Shown piece after piece: positions 28,328-39,400 of a DNA stretch of 64,000 nucleotides. The stretch comes from Lytechinus pictus (taxonomy: Eukaryota). The stretch lies in the NCBI RefSeq assembly GCF_037042905.1, contig NW_026974141.1:2294001-2358000 (forward strand), written 5' to 3'. Below the pieces are notes generated by a model. It was not told the DNA's origin. It worked only from the letters and a program-made list of their open reading frames with translations, and searched no databases. The position numbers were made by a program, and so were the translations under genes. Each line of letters opens with the position of its first letter. The first letter of the stretch is position 1.

Positions 28328-31300
28328 GCGGTGGTGGTGGTGGTGTTGATGACAATGGAGTAGTGGTGGTTTTGGTGGTGGCAGCGATGAGTGCCATGAT
28401 GATGATGATGATAAATATGGTGGTGTTACTGTGATGATGGTGGTAGTGATGGTGGTGGTGATGATGATGATGATGCTGATGATGTCCATGTTAACTATAA
28501 TATCCAAACAGTGTAGTTGAGTGACATAACTGTAATTACACAATTTACTTCTTTTCTTTAGATGACTCATTTTCTTCTGAATGGAGTTGACAGAGCATAC
28601 CAGACAAACTTGGAGGAGGGGTGTAAGAATGACCCCAGTGACCTCTCATTTACCCCAATCTTCCTAGATCCTTACATAACCAAGACTGGCATCACTCAGG
28701 TAAGGTCATGTGACTCCCATCTACGGAGTGCCAAAGCAGGCAATTTTCTAAGTCCATTTTTTTTTTTAACCCATGTAGTCATTCAAGGGGTCTTCAGTGC
28801 CCCTTAACTGTTCTTCACATGTAAATGGTGCTATATGCTATTCATCATCATCACCTCTATCATCATCATTATCAGCAGCAGCAGCATTATCATCATCATC
28901 ATCACTTTCCTTACCAGGGTAGCCCCTTCAGTTGTGTAAACTGATTAACAAGATTTACATCATCATCATCATACTCTTCAGCATCATCATCATTACCATT
29001 TTCATCACATCATCATCTTCATCATCATCTTCATCATCTTTCTTGGTTGTTTCATTTTTGCTTTGTTTTCATCACAGCCTTAATCTTTAACACTTAAAAT
29101 GTGACATTATGCGAACCATGCGATATATTGAAGTGTCTCAGTAGTAATTCGCTACCAACAATTGAGCTGGAAGATAAGCGTTGGTCATTATCCTTATCTC
29201 TTGATTCTCAATTCATGTTTCTTTTCACCCTTGACTACTAAATTATGTAAAACCCATTGGCTTTGTAAAGGAACCACCAGGTTCCAGTAGACAATGGGTT
29301 AAGTAAGATTCATATTTTTCTTGGATTTTTAACCTTGCTATATCATGCGGTTTGATATCCAATATCATTATTATTCTCCTTATCATTCTAATCGTTCCTA
29401 TGACAGCTAAGCCCAACTGAATACCACGTCAACCCGAGGAATAAAAATCTCTTTGGAGTCTTGACGGTCAACACCGAATTCGGCGTCTGCTCCTGTATCG
29501 CCGGGAGGGCGGGCTATTACTGCGTCCATCTCGCCTCTGTTTACAAGTTCTTCAATGTCCCCATCACGTCGAGGGCGCCGTTCGAGTTGTCGGAGGAGAA
29601 AAACCGCATCTATAAACTTGCCACAGGTAATACAAAAAGCTTGCAGGTGTATTGGTAGAGTGATAAGAAAGAGGAGGATCCTTTGGGCAATCCAAGTCCT
29701 GTTTCATAAAGTCTTGTTATGATAACAAATGTCATTTATTTATTTATTTAATTCAACTATTTTTAAAAGCAAGATAAATATACAATGATATTCAAAGAAC
29801 AAAGTAAAAAAAAAAATGGTTTGGGAGACCAAGTAAGTAAAGTTTGTAGTTAAGGCTCCCTATACATGACAAAGTTACAAACTCAAGTTGATTATTAAAC
29901 AGGCGCTTTGGAAGCGGGGGGGGGGGGGGGCTGGGGAGCTTCAGCCCCCCCACTATTTTCCAAAACCGTGTACAAAAACGTTAAAATGGCCATATGATTG
30001 TGATTTTTTGCATGGTCAGCCCCCCCACTTTGAAAACCGTTCTGCGGCCCCTGTTAAAGGTCAATTCCACCCCAGAAAGATGTTGATTTGAATCAAGAGA
30101 GAAATATCAATAAGCATTAATGCTGAAAATTTCATCAAATTGGATATAAAATAAGAAAGTTATGACATTTTAAAATTTTGCTTATTTTTCACAAAACAGT
30201 TATATGCACAACTCAGTGATATGCAAATGAGAGAGTCGATGATGTCCTTCACTCACTATTTCTTTAGATTTGTATTTTATTATATGAAATAATATTCGAA
30301 TTTTTCCTCATTCTTCTGTAAAAAAAAATTTCTTTCCTCCCAGAACATGTGGAAATACCATTGTTTTATCATTTTATGGTTCAGTCAAGTTGGTCCTTAT
30401 GGTGGTTAGCAGTATGTGACAGAGCCTCAATTTTCTGACTCTTTTTTTTTATTCAACAGGAAAGAAAATCATTCATGAGCAACTGCTAGACACCATGCAA
30501 CAGCTCGCCCAGGTCGTGGAAGCCAATATGTCGACCCTCAAAGAGCCTATCAGACACTTTATCGAACAAATCGAAAGAGCCGACTCGGCCTCGGGACTCG
30601 TCACCGCTCTGGAGAAGTTCCAGGTTCTGACGAAAGAAGAGGAGGAGGAAGTGAAGGATCGGATGGAAAGAGAGAAGGTAGAAAAGGCGGAGGAGGCGAA
30701 GAGGAGAGGGGAGGAAGAACAGAGGAGGAGAGCAGAGGAAAGATTGAAGGAGGAGCAGCGGAGAATGGAAGAGGAGAGGAAGGAGGAGGAAGAGACGAAG
30801 AGGAAGGAAGAAGAGAAGCAGAAAGAGGAAGAAAAGAAGAGGAAGAAGGTGGAAAGACTATCCTGGCTTTTCTCTGAGAATACAAACCTTGATGTGAAGA
30901 CCATCGTGAGCTCTGAAAAGGTAATTGCACATCCATTTTCACATAGAATTTCAGATTTTACATTGGGAGTTTCTACTACAGCAGACATTACCATCAATAT
31001 TGTGTGTAGTTCCTCAAAAAAATAATCAATTGGTATTGATTTATACTATCAAAATATATGCATAAAGTCTGAATTATGCTATTATTCATGTAATAAAGCA
31101 CATTTTGTACTGATGTTGTACGATTTGGCATGGAATATTTTCTTGTGCGTTTCTGTATTTATAACTTTTCTGTATATTTTTTTAAATCAAATTTCTCTGT
31201 GACACATAACCAGCATGAAACAAATTGATTTTGATGATAAAAAAATGACAATGATCGCATAATTGTGAATTTGTTTCAAACTTTATTTCTTAACTTGAAT

Positions 31301-32129
31301 AATTGTTCTTTTTAGACCAGAGGGATGTTTCATAAAGCTGTTTGTAAGTAAAGCGAGTATAAAAATGACTGGTGAACCTTTCTTTCGCACTAAGTAATCA
31401 CCAATGAACATTTAATGGTGAATATCATTTACCATGAGAAAGGATCACCAGTTGTTCCTAAAGTCGCTCTTAACTTACGAACAGCTTTATGAAACGGCCC
31501 CCCAGATTATTCAAAAGGTGTCAAGTACCTACCTAAGTCAGATATTCTCTGCAAGTCAAAGATTGTGATGACTAACTGGTACACAAAATCTGAATTTTGT
31601 AACTTCTTCAATCACGGAAAAGGCTGATAAATTCCTGCAGGAGTATGTGGATGGGTCATTGTGATTTTGTAATGATTTATTTCAAATGATTTGATCTTCA
31701 AATGATTTGATCTCCTTACAGGTACCAGATAAGAAAGTGACAGAAGCAGAAGCGGGAAAGAAGCCACGTACGCCGATCATGACACCAGGACGGGCTGTGA
31801 CTCGTGGTGTAACTCGCGTGCAAGACTCAGAAAACAAAAAGAAAACACCTGCAAAGAGACTAGCAAAGTCACAAAGAACTCAATCCCCTTCAAAGCAAGC
31901 TGTACAAGCAGCCAAAACATATATTGATAGCTTAGAAGAAGAGAACGCAAAGGACAAAAATCTGATTATGCTTATGACGGATGAGGGAGGAATGTTGGTG
32001 AAAGGAACCGTGGCCGAGATGGCATCGCTAGGTAGGGTGCTTGTGATTAATAAGCCAATCACGGACCAGCAGGTTGGTATGGTGGTGATGAAAGACAAAA
32101 AGAAGGGGAAGAAAAAAGGGAAGTCATGA
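18959..32129 (+). CDS. MULE (Mutator)-transposase-derived SWIM zinc-finger protein, ~1212 aa, 11 coding exons
   Basis: Exons 18959-19396, 20398-20610, 21680-21855, 22744-23010, 24213-24466, 25382-26267, 27950-28127, 28562-28699, 29407-29626, 30460-30920 and 31722-32129 join in frame (3639 nt) with GT-AG borders. Domains: WRKY/FAR1-like finger (KCQH...TGCQAKL...HNH), MULE core (LCILDGTY; GGIPLG; FFLTDEE), SWIM finger (CSC-x7-CVH), E/K/R coiled coil, basic C-terminus (KKKGKKKGKS). Confidence 0.85.
21170..21363 (-). mobile_element. tRNA-derived SINE
   Basis: Minus strand reads GGGGCGTCGTGGTCTAGTGG (A box) ... GGTTCGATTCC (B box), then a body (TTCCTTCAGCAAGAAATTTA) shared with the copy at 50980. 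Confidence 0.8.
26433..26706. mobile_element. Harbinger-like MITE
   Basis: CAGGGCCCTGTCTTACAAAGAGTTACGATTGATCC / GGATCAGTCGTAACTCTTTGTAAGATGGGGCCCTG. Confidence 0.7.
27059..27776. mobile_element. MITE with reiterated subterminal motif
   Basis: TIR TCGGCCGTCAGATGGTAAAACGGTCTA / TAGACTGTTTTACCATCTGACGGCCGA. AGACC(A/G)TTTTACCATC is repeated several times internally. Confidence 0.7.
28140..28490. repeat. (GAT/GGT)n microsatellite
   Basis: Seen directly. Complementary (CAT)n tracts lie at ~28840-29040 and ~32900-33100. Confidence 0.95.
31321..31502. mobile_element. Short Harbinger-like MITE (family also at ~35090-35263 and ~37785-37965)
   Basis: TTTCATAAAGCTGTT...AACAGCTTTATGAAA TIRs with cag flanks. 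An internal AAAGGATCACC motif is shared among copies. Confidence 0.7.
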
Positions 32130-32660
32130 CACGAGAGCATGATCGGTGGGAATTGACCAATCAGATGCAAGATGCTGACCGCGTAGGGGCATGGATGATG
32201 TTCAGGCAACCAATCAAAGATCAGCAAGTCGTGCCATCAAAACATGATCAGATGGCACTGACCGATCAGATGCGAAGTGTACTCATGGGCAAATGATTAT
32301 GTCATGCTAACCTGTCGGTGATTGGCAAGTAGTGGCATGAAAATATCAATTGGAACTGACCTATCAGATGGAAGGGGCAGTTCCGCTAACCAATCAAAGA
32401 TCAGCAAGTCACATGCCATCAAAACATGATCAGGTGGAACTGACCAATCAGATGCAAGATGACGAGTGCATGCGAGCAAGATGATGATCTGCCAACCAGT
32501 CATAGTTCAGCAGATTGGCATGGTGATGATGAAAGGTGAAAGATATGGAGTCATGTGAAGAAAAAAAGCATAATCCATTGAAACTGACCAATCAGATGAG
32601 AGATGATGTATTCATGGGGCATGATAATGTCTGTGCAGCTGATCACAGACCAGCAAATCA
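32050..32660 (+). repeat. Degenerate tandem repeat rich in CCAATCA, spanning the stop codon and 3' UTR of the MULE-derived gene
   Basis: Recurrent TGACCAATCAGATG and AACCAATCAAAGATCAGCAAGTC units (~32155, 32209, 32259, 32357, 32389, 32441, 32585). Confidence 0.75.
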
Positions 32661-33194
32661 TTTCATTTGATTCTGTTCGAACTCATTTTTAGATCGTTAC
32701 CACAACTGGTATTTATCTTTAAATCAGAAAGGTACCATCTGTGTAGGGATATGGATGCATATATTGTAATGAACTTTCCTTAAGCTAAAGCTGTATTAAA
32801 ATATAGCCATATCCTTTTGTGGTGCAAAGGAATAACAAAAATAACCAATAAATTATTCATTGGTTATTTTTTTATTGTGATAACTGTTATTGTTGCCATC
32901 ATTTTCATATTCATCTCCACCATCAGTTATCATCATCTTCATCATCACCATTATTATCAACTTCACCATCATCACCATAATCATCATCGTCACCATCATT
33001 ATCTTCACCATCATCACCATCATCAACTCATCATCATCATCTTCATCATCATCTTCACCATCATCATCACCACCAATCATATGATCTTCATGATAATTAT
33101 CTTCACCAAGCCTTATGAAATGAATAAAGGTTAAATAAAAAACAAATTGGAAAACAGTAATAGTGTATGAATATTTCTGTTATGTGTTATGTAT

Positions 33195-33670
33195 GTATCA
33201 TTCAAATTTGATCAATGAATGGAAAAAAGTGAGTTATTAATATTAGAAGGATGATATAAAGATAAGGTTTTGGATAAAAGAGAAAGGGCAAGATAAAGCA
33301 AAGAATAAACTAAATGAGAGTGAAGGGTGAGAGAGGGAAAGTGAACGTGACAAATGAAGAGGAGATAGAGATGTGAACATGATAGGACAGAGTTGGATAT
33401 TTTTTTCTTTTTTTTTCTATAACTAGTCTTTAGTGACAATTTCTTCGATTACGTATCATTCAAATTTGATCAATGAATGGGAAAAACAAGGATGATATAA
33501 AGATGAGGTTTTGGACAAAAAGAAAAGGGCAAGATAAAGCAAAGAAACTAAATGAGAGGGAAGGGTGAGAGAGAGAAAGTGAGCAAGAGAAGGAGATAGA
33601 GATGTGAACATGACACAACAGAGTTGGATTTTTTTTCTATTACTAGTGGTTACTGTCTTTAATGACCATT
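33195..33670. repeat. Local ~258-bp tandem duplication
   Basis: GTATCATTCAAATTTGATCAATGAATGG at 33195 and 33453, with continuing similarity. Confidence 0.85.
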
Positions 33671-33916
33671 TCTATATAAAGTGTTCAATTGCAAATCAAG
33701 GGGAGTCCCCAAAATCAAGTGTTGTTTGGAATAGCAAGAATGTGGGTTGTATTTGAAAGCAAATCAATTAAAATTTGCATTTAGTCAAGATTTTATGCTT
33801 GATTTTTGGACTTGCACATAATTTGGAATTAAAAGGTTTCATTCAATGCTCATGAATGAGATCTTTTGAGACTTTTTGGACTAAGGTGGAATCTGACTTA
33901 TCAAAGGCTGACTTAA

Positions 33917-34644
33917 CCCTAAAAAGAGTGGGCTATTTCAACTTCCTCAAGACAGGGGGGAGATGATTCAGCCCCCCCTTATGATCTCGGCCTTTGATCG
34001 CATGATCGCGACAAAAATCGGCACACGGGTTGCTCATGGTATAATCTCCAAAACTGTTCAATCAAATTCTTTGAAAAATCTCATTTCTAATTTATTATGC
34101 TAATTAATATGTAAATTCATAAAGTTTGCACTAACTAAATAAGGCCCCTAAAATGCTTTGTTGTTCAGACTCTTTATAGGATTCTGATCAAATGTACTTA
34201 AAAAGAAAAATTCAATATCATAATTATTTTCTTATGTATTTTATTGTTTTTAAGTTTCTTCTTTGTTTTTTTACTTTAGGTTTTTTATTGTTTGTTTCAA
34301 TTGAAATTGTCTGGGACTTGCTGGCCATAAACAAAATGAAATTGAGTCAAATCAGTAAAAAGATAAAAAATTATACATTTATGAATTTTGGCTAAAAAAC
34401 TATGTTCATTGGATTTGTACATAAATTCACATATTTGAGCAATTTTGGGTCTGCATTCACTTACGAAATGCTTTAGAATTTCGGAACCGTGTAACTGGGG
34501 GTTGCAATTTTGGCCTCAAAAATTGCGCGAGACTTGAAAGTAAAACAGTCGGTGAGCGAGGCGGTCAAAAAAATTTGCGGGGCAGATTTATCACGAAAAA
34601 TGAAGAGGGGGGGCTGAATCAACCCTCCCCCAGTCTTATTAGGG
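33917..34644. mobile_element. piggyBac-like MITE
   Basis: TTAA|CCCTAA ... TTAGGG|TTAA termini. Subterminal GATTCAGCCCCCCCT / AGGGGGGGCTGAATC inverted repeat. Confidence 0.8.
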
Positions 34645-34715
34645 TTAACTGTAAAGAGCTTTCTCGTTTAAAAAAAAATGAATACAGCACTCACATTTTT
34701 TTTTTCATTTTTACT

Positions 34716-34721
34716 TTTATT
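34716..34721 (-). terminator. Candidate CSTF3 poly(A) signal AATAAA
   Basis: TTTATT on the plus strand about 1.7 kb downstream of the CSTF3 stop, just before the piggyBac-like MITE. Not verifiable from sequence alone. Confidence 0.35.
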
Positions 34722-36435
34722 AAGTAAAAAACATACATATTTTTAATATATACAGATGGAACGTACAGAATCACATCAGCTACATCGTTCCTGCTGATGA
34801 AATGGTTTTTATCCACAAGACGGATAGACATGTAAAATTCAAAATTAAATACTAACAGAAATACATTTGATGAGAAATAATGGCAATCAATGTAAATTAT
34901 TTAAACTGGTTCAACCAAATATTCACTTTTGGTTCTTTGCAATTGATTTATCCGTTCAAGTTGAAGACAGAATTAGCTGGATATGACTAAACGTTGACTA
35001 ACAAAAGGAGGGCAAAAGTCACAATCATCAAAATATAGAAACACCAGTTTTTGAGGGAAAAACGCATTCATTGATGTTAAATGATCCGGGTGGGGTGTCA
35101 TAAACCTTGTTCATAAAGTTACAAAAGACTTTACACACAACTAGAATATGTTTTTAGGTGCTAAGTCAGTTACATAGGTATATATCATTTAGCACAAGAA
35201 AGGATCACCGGTCTTGTGTATAGTCATGCATAAACTTAATTGCAGCTTTATGAAACCACCCCCTGGCTCTTTTATGGGTGCAACATACATGTATTAACTC
35301 ACAACTGGATAGAATATTGCAACTCTCTGTCTAGAATATGAGATTGCGACTGTGACATCGGTCTGGAAAAATTACTTACCTTTCCTCACGATCTATCATC
35401 TTTCCATGCCTGTTCTTATGTGACGTGATAGGTGTACAAGTAATAATTAGTCAATACAGGCTCATTCACATATGGTGCTACACACCCACTTAACATTTGT
35501 CTTCTTAAGTCAAATTGAATGTGGAATGACAAAAACTGAAGATGGATCAGAATATCTTGGGCTGCCAGAATTGAAATAGTTGTCTACCAATAAACTTCTT
35601 CAAAATGCTAGGAAAATATAAAGCCACGGTAACAATCAGGGCATCACCTTGAGCACTCTACCAAGTTGATACTTTTAGAAATAACACATGGGTGCTATTC
35701 ACACATGGGGTGGGTTGTAGCACCATATCTGAACAGGCCCATATGTGTGCATAGTACTATGTAACCAATTGTAGCATAAATTTAAAAAAATAACAACATT
35801 CATATGACATTGAGCAATTTGCAGGTTGATGATGAAGAACAAACTGTCATGGGCAAGCCCAGCAACAGTCACGGGTGATTCAGCACCTTCATAAGATCAC
35901 AATAGTTTTCAAAATTCATCGACTGTCCCTCTTCTTATGGTGATGATATGAGATTTCTGTGAAAATAAACGAACACCCCTCCCTCGACTCTCATATGCTG
36001 ATTAGAAATAGTAAGAAACACCGCTTCCCAACATTTAAATACTGTTCAATAAGAGTTCACAGCTTTGAAACAGTAGCAAGTACATTTCTTCCTTTTGAAT
36101 TGGGCCTCATGAAAATGAAGGACATCCCTCACTCAAGTCCACTGTCTGGACTTTTGAAGAAGTTATAGTTCTTAGTTCTTCCCACTTTTCACATACTGTT
36201 GCCAGTCCACAGCTTTGAGACACTAGCAAATATATTCCTTCCGAATTCAGCTCAATGACAATAAGAATTTAATGACTAGCCCTCATTCAAATATGTTGTC
36301 CACAAGTTTGAAATAGTAATAATCATTTTCCATTCGCCAGCTCTGTTAACAGTCCATAGCTTTAAAACAGTAGCAGATACAGTCCTTCTTTCTTCTGAAT
36401 TTGGCCGCATGAAAATGAAATTGAACGAACACCCT

Positions 36436-39400
36436 TCACTTGACTCTCTTCTGCTGCCTGCTTCGGTAGATATCATGTCGTGGTGCATGCTGGGAAGACT
36501 CTTCGTCATCGGAGTCCTCCTCGGCCGGCTTGCCCGCGACCATGCCTCGTTTGCGTTTCAGTTCGCCGTCTCCCTGGCTGTCTTCCTGCTCCATGCCGTT
36601 GGGGAGTGGTACAGGCTCGTGAGATGCTGAAGCGAGAAATAGAATACAAATTAATTTTGGAAGACTGGAAGGGATTTGTAAACTACTTCAGATCCTTTCT
36701 AATATACATCAACAATGTTACCTACTTGAGTTTTAAATAAGATTTGTGTTTCATTTAAATAAAAGTTCATTCAGTTTTCAACCTCCGCTAGAAAATATCA
36801 CTGACAATGCTCACTTCGTTCAATAACACTACAGGAGTGTACAGTGAGGAACAAACATTTTGCTTGATATGTCAAGTCCACCCCAACAATAGATAGAGAT
36901 AGAGACAAATCAAAGAAGCATGGCACAGAAAGTCTTCAAACTCTAATAAGATAAGATATTTATTCGTCTTTCCTTCTGCACATACATTTGTATGATTTCA
37001 CATTCTACAAATGCAAATCAATTAATTATAAACCATTGTTACAGTAGAAAAAGAAACACAGCAAATAACTAATTACGTATTGAACGAAAGACAAGAAGAA
37101 CCCCCGAAAAGCAGGGCTTGTAAGGCTAGGGTCTCCTTTGTTTCAAGTACACGACTTATACGAAATAAGAAAGTAATGACAGTTTAAAGTTTTGCTTTCT
37201 GCAAAACAAAACAGTATGTGCGCATCAAAACAGTATGTGCGCAACAGTATGTGCACATCAAAAATGGTATGCAAATAAGCATAACTGAAAAATGACACAT
37301 TATTTCACATCCAAGTTAGATGAAATTTTCAGTGCTATGCTTGTCTGATTTTGATCTATTTGTTCAAATAAACACTTTGTTGGGGGTGGTCTTGACCTTT
37401 AACAAAGTCACCTATTTCTCAGTCCCATTCTAACATGAAATCTTACACTAGAATACGGGTACTTACGTTCTGGTAACCGGCATTCAGCTATTAACCTAAT
37501 GAGGTCATCGACCTTGACAAATGGTCCCTGAAAGCTTTGAGGTGGGGGGAGTTTGGTCAGGACCATAGAAGCAGCCAACGGCAGAGGGAAATCACCTCCG
37601 GGAACTGGGTGGGCACCAGGTACTGTGGTCAAAAGGGATAGGAAAGAGATAATATCATCAAATTACAAATGAAAAAACAATTAAGAGTCTCTGATTTTAC
37701 GAAGGCTCCCTGAAAGCTTTGAAGTGGCAGCGTTTGGTCATGACTATAGAAGCAGCTAACAGCAGAGGGAACTAGGTGGGCCCCAGGGGGCCGTTTCATA
37801 AAGCTGTTTGTAACTTAAGAGCGACTTTACAGGAGACTGGTAATCCTTTCTTGTGGTAAGTGATACACATCAGATTGACATAGGCGTTGATATAGTTCCT
37901 AGAAAGGATCACCAGTCGATTTTAAAGTCACTCTTAACTTACAAACAGCTTTATGAAACAGCCCCCCCCCCCCCCCCCCCGGTACTGAAAAGAGATGTCA
38001 TCAATTAATAATGAGTCTCTGATTGATATGCAAATAACATATTACTCTTTTTTGTGTGGGAACAACTCCAGCCGAGTGTACTTATTCAGGAAAGTCCACT
38101 CTGATGCCAACTTAATTTCAACAAGCAAAACATTTTTAAATTTTTTCTTATTAGTGTCACAAAAAGATTAAGGAAGGCTGTTTATAATGCACTAGAGACA
38201 AATGTTTTGCTGTAAAGCCATTGAAACAAACATCTAACAAATTGGCTCAATTATGGCTAAGGTCACATACACTGTACACAAATAAGCATCTATTGGACTA
38301 CATCCAAATATTTGGTCCAAATGTTAATTTTTCTAATGGGATAATCATTTGAGGGCATCTATAGAGTGATCCCTCTTCGAAAATATAAGTGATAAGAGTT
38401 TATTCAAACCAATCATGTGATATACTACAAATATTTAGTACATAGGTTGGCAAAGAGAATATAACATGAAAGGTTTGGGACCCCATAGAAGCAGAGCTTG
38501 TGAAAGGGGCCCCTTGATGAAATAATTAGATAGTTCACAAGATAATGCTTCTCTTTCCCACATTTAAATTTGTCTTGAAATCACTCAAATTCAGGAAAGA
38601 ATTCTTACATGGTGCAACACGGGGCCTAAAGGGAAGCATCTGATCCAGACTTGGTCTGAAGATCTCTTCTTGTTTGCTCTCTCTTGCCGCTTCACCTCCC
38701 TCCTCAGTGCCTTGACTCTGTTCTGAGCTGACTGGATTGACGGAGATCGCAAACACCTTGTTTGATTGCTTGAGATCCTGAAAAAATGCAACATATCTTA
38801 TTCTTAATCTATCCCTTCAATGAATGTCATTCATTCATACCTTCATAAATGCATTCATTCATGTCATTCATACATTCATAAATGCATTCATCCATTCTTT
38901 CAATCATTCATACATTCATCCATTCATTCATTCATCCATTCATTCATTCATGTCATTCATTCATTCATTCATGTCATTTACACATTCATAAATGCATTCA
39001 TTCATTCTTTCATTCATAAATGCATTCATCCATCAATTCAGTCAGTCAGTCATTCATTTGCTCACTCATTCATTAATTTCTTACTTTTTCACACAAAATT
39101 CATAAAGTTTCTCCGAGATATTATCCGGCATGGTCTATTTCCTTCAAAATAAACATGTGTAGTAATTATGCGAGTACTCTTGAAAAAGCATAAATTTAAA
39201 AACATGAATTTCAATGCAAGCAGGATTACTCATTTCCATATCATTCTTTCCAAATCAATTTATCAATATGATGAAGATAAGTATCAAATTCTCTAAGCAG
39301 TTCAGCCAATTTTCGAAATTTCCATTTTGGAAGTTAAAAAAGTTACATGTTTTTTTAGCTTATCACAGAGAACCTTGTCTGGTAGCCTATTTACTGTGGG

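Noticed and set aside
27944-28570. Poly-His/Ile/Met/Asp ORFs (also 32817-33134, 38820-39152)
   Set aside because: Translations of microsatellites.
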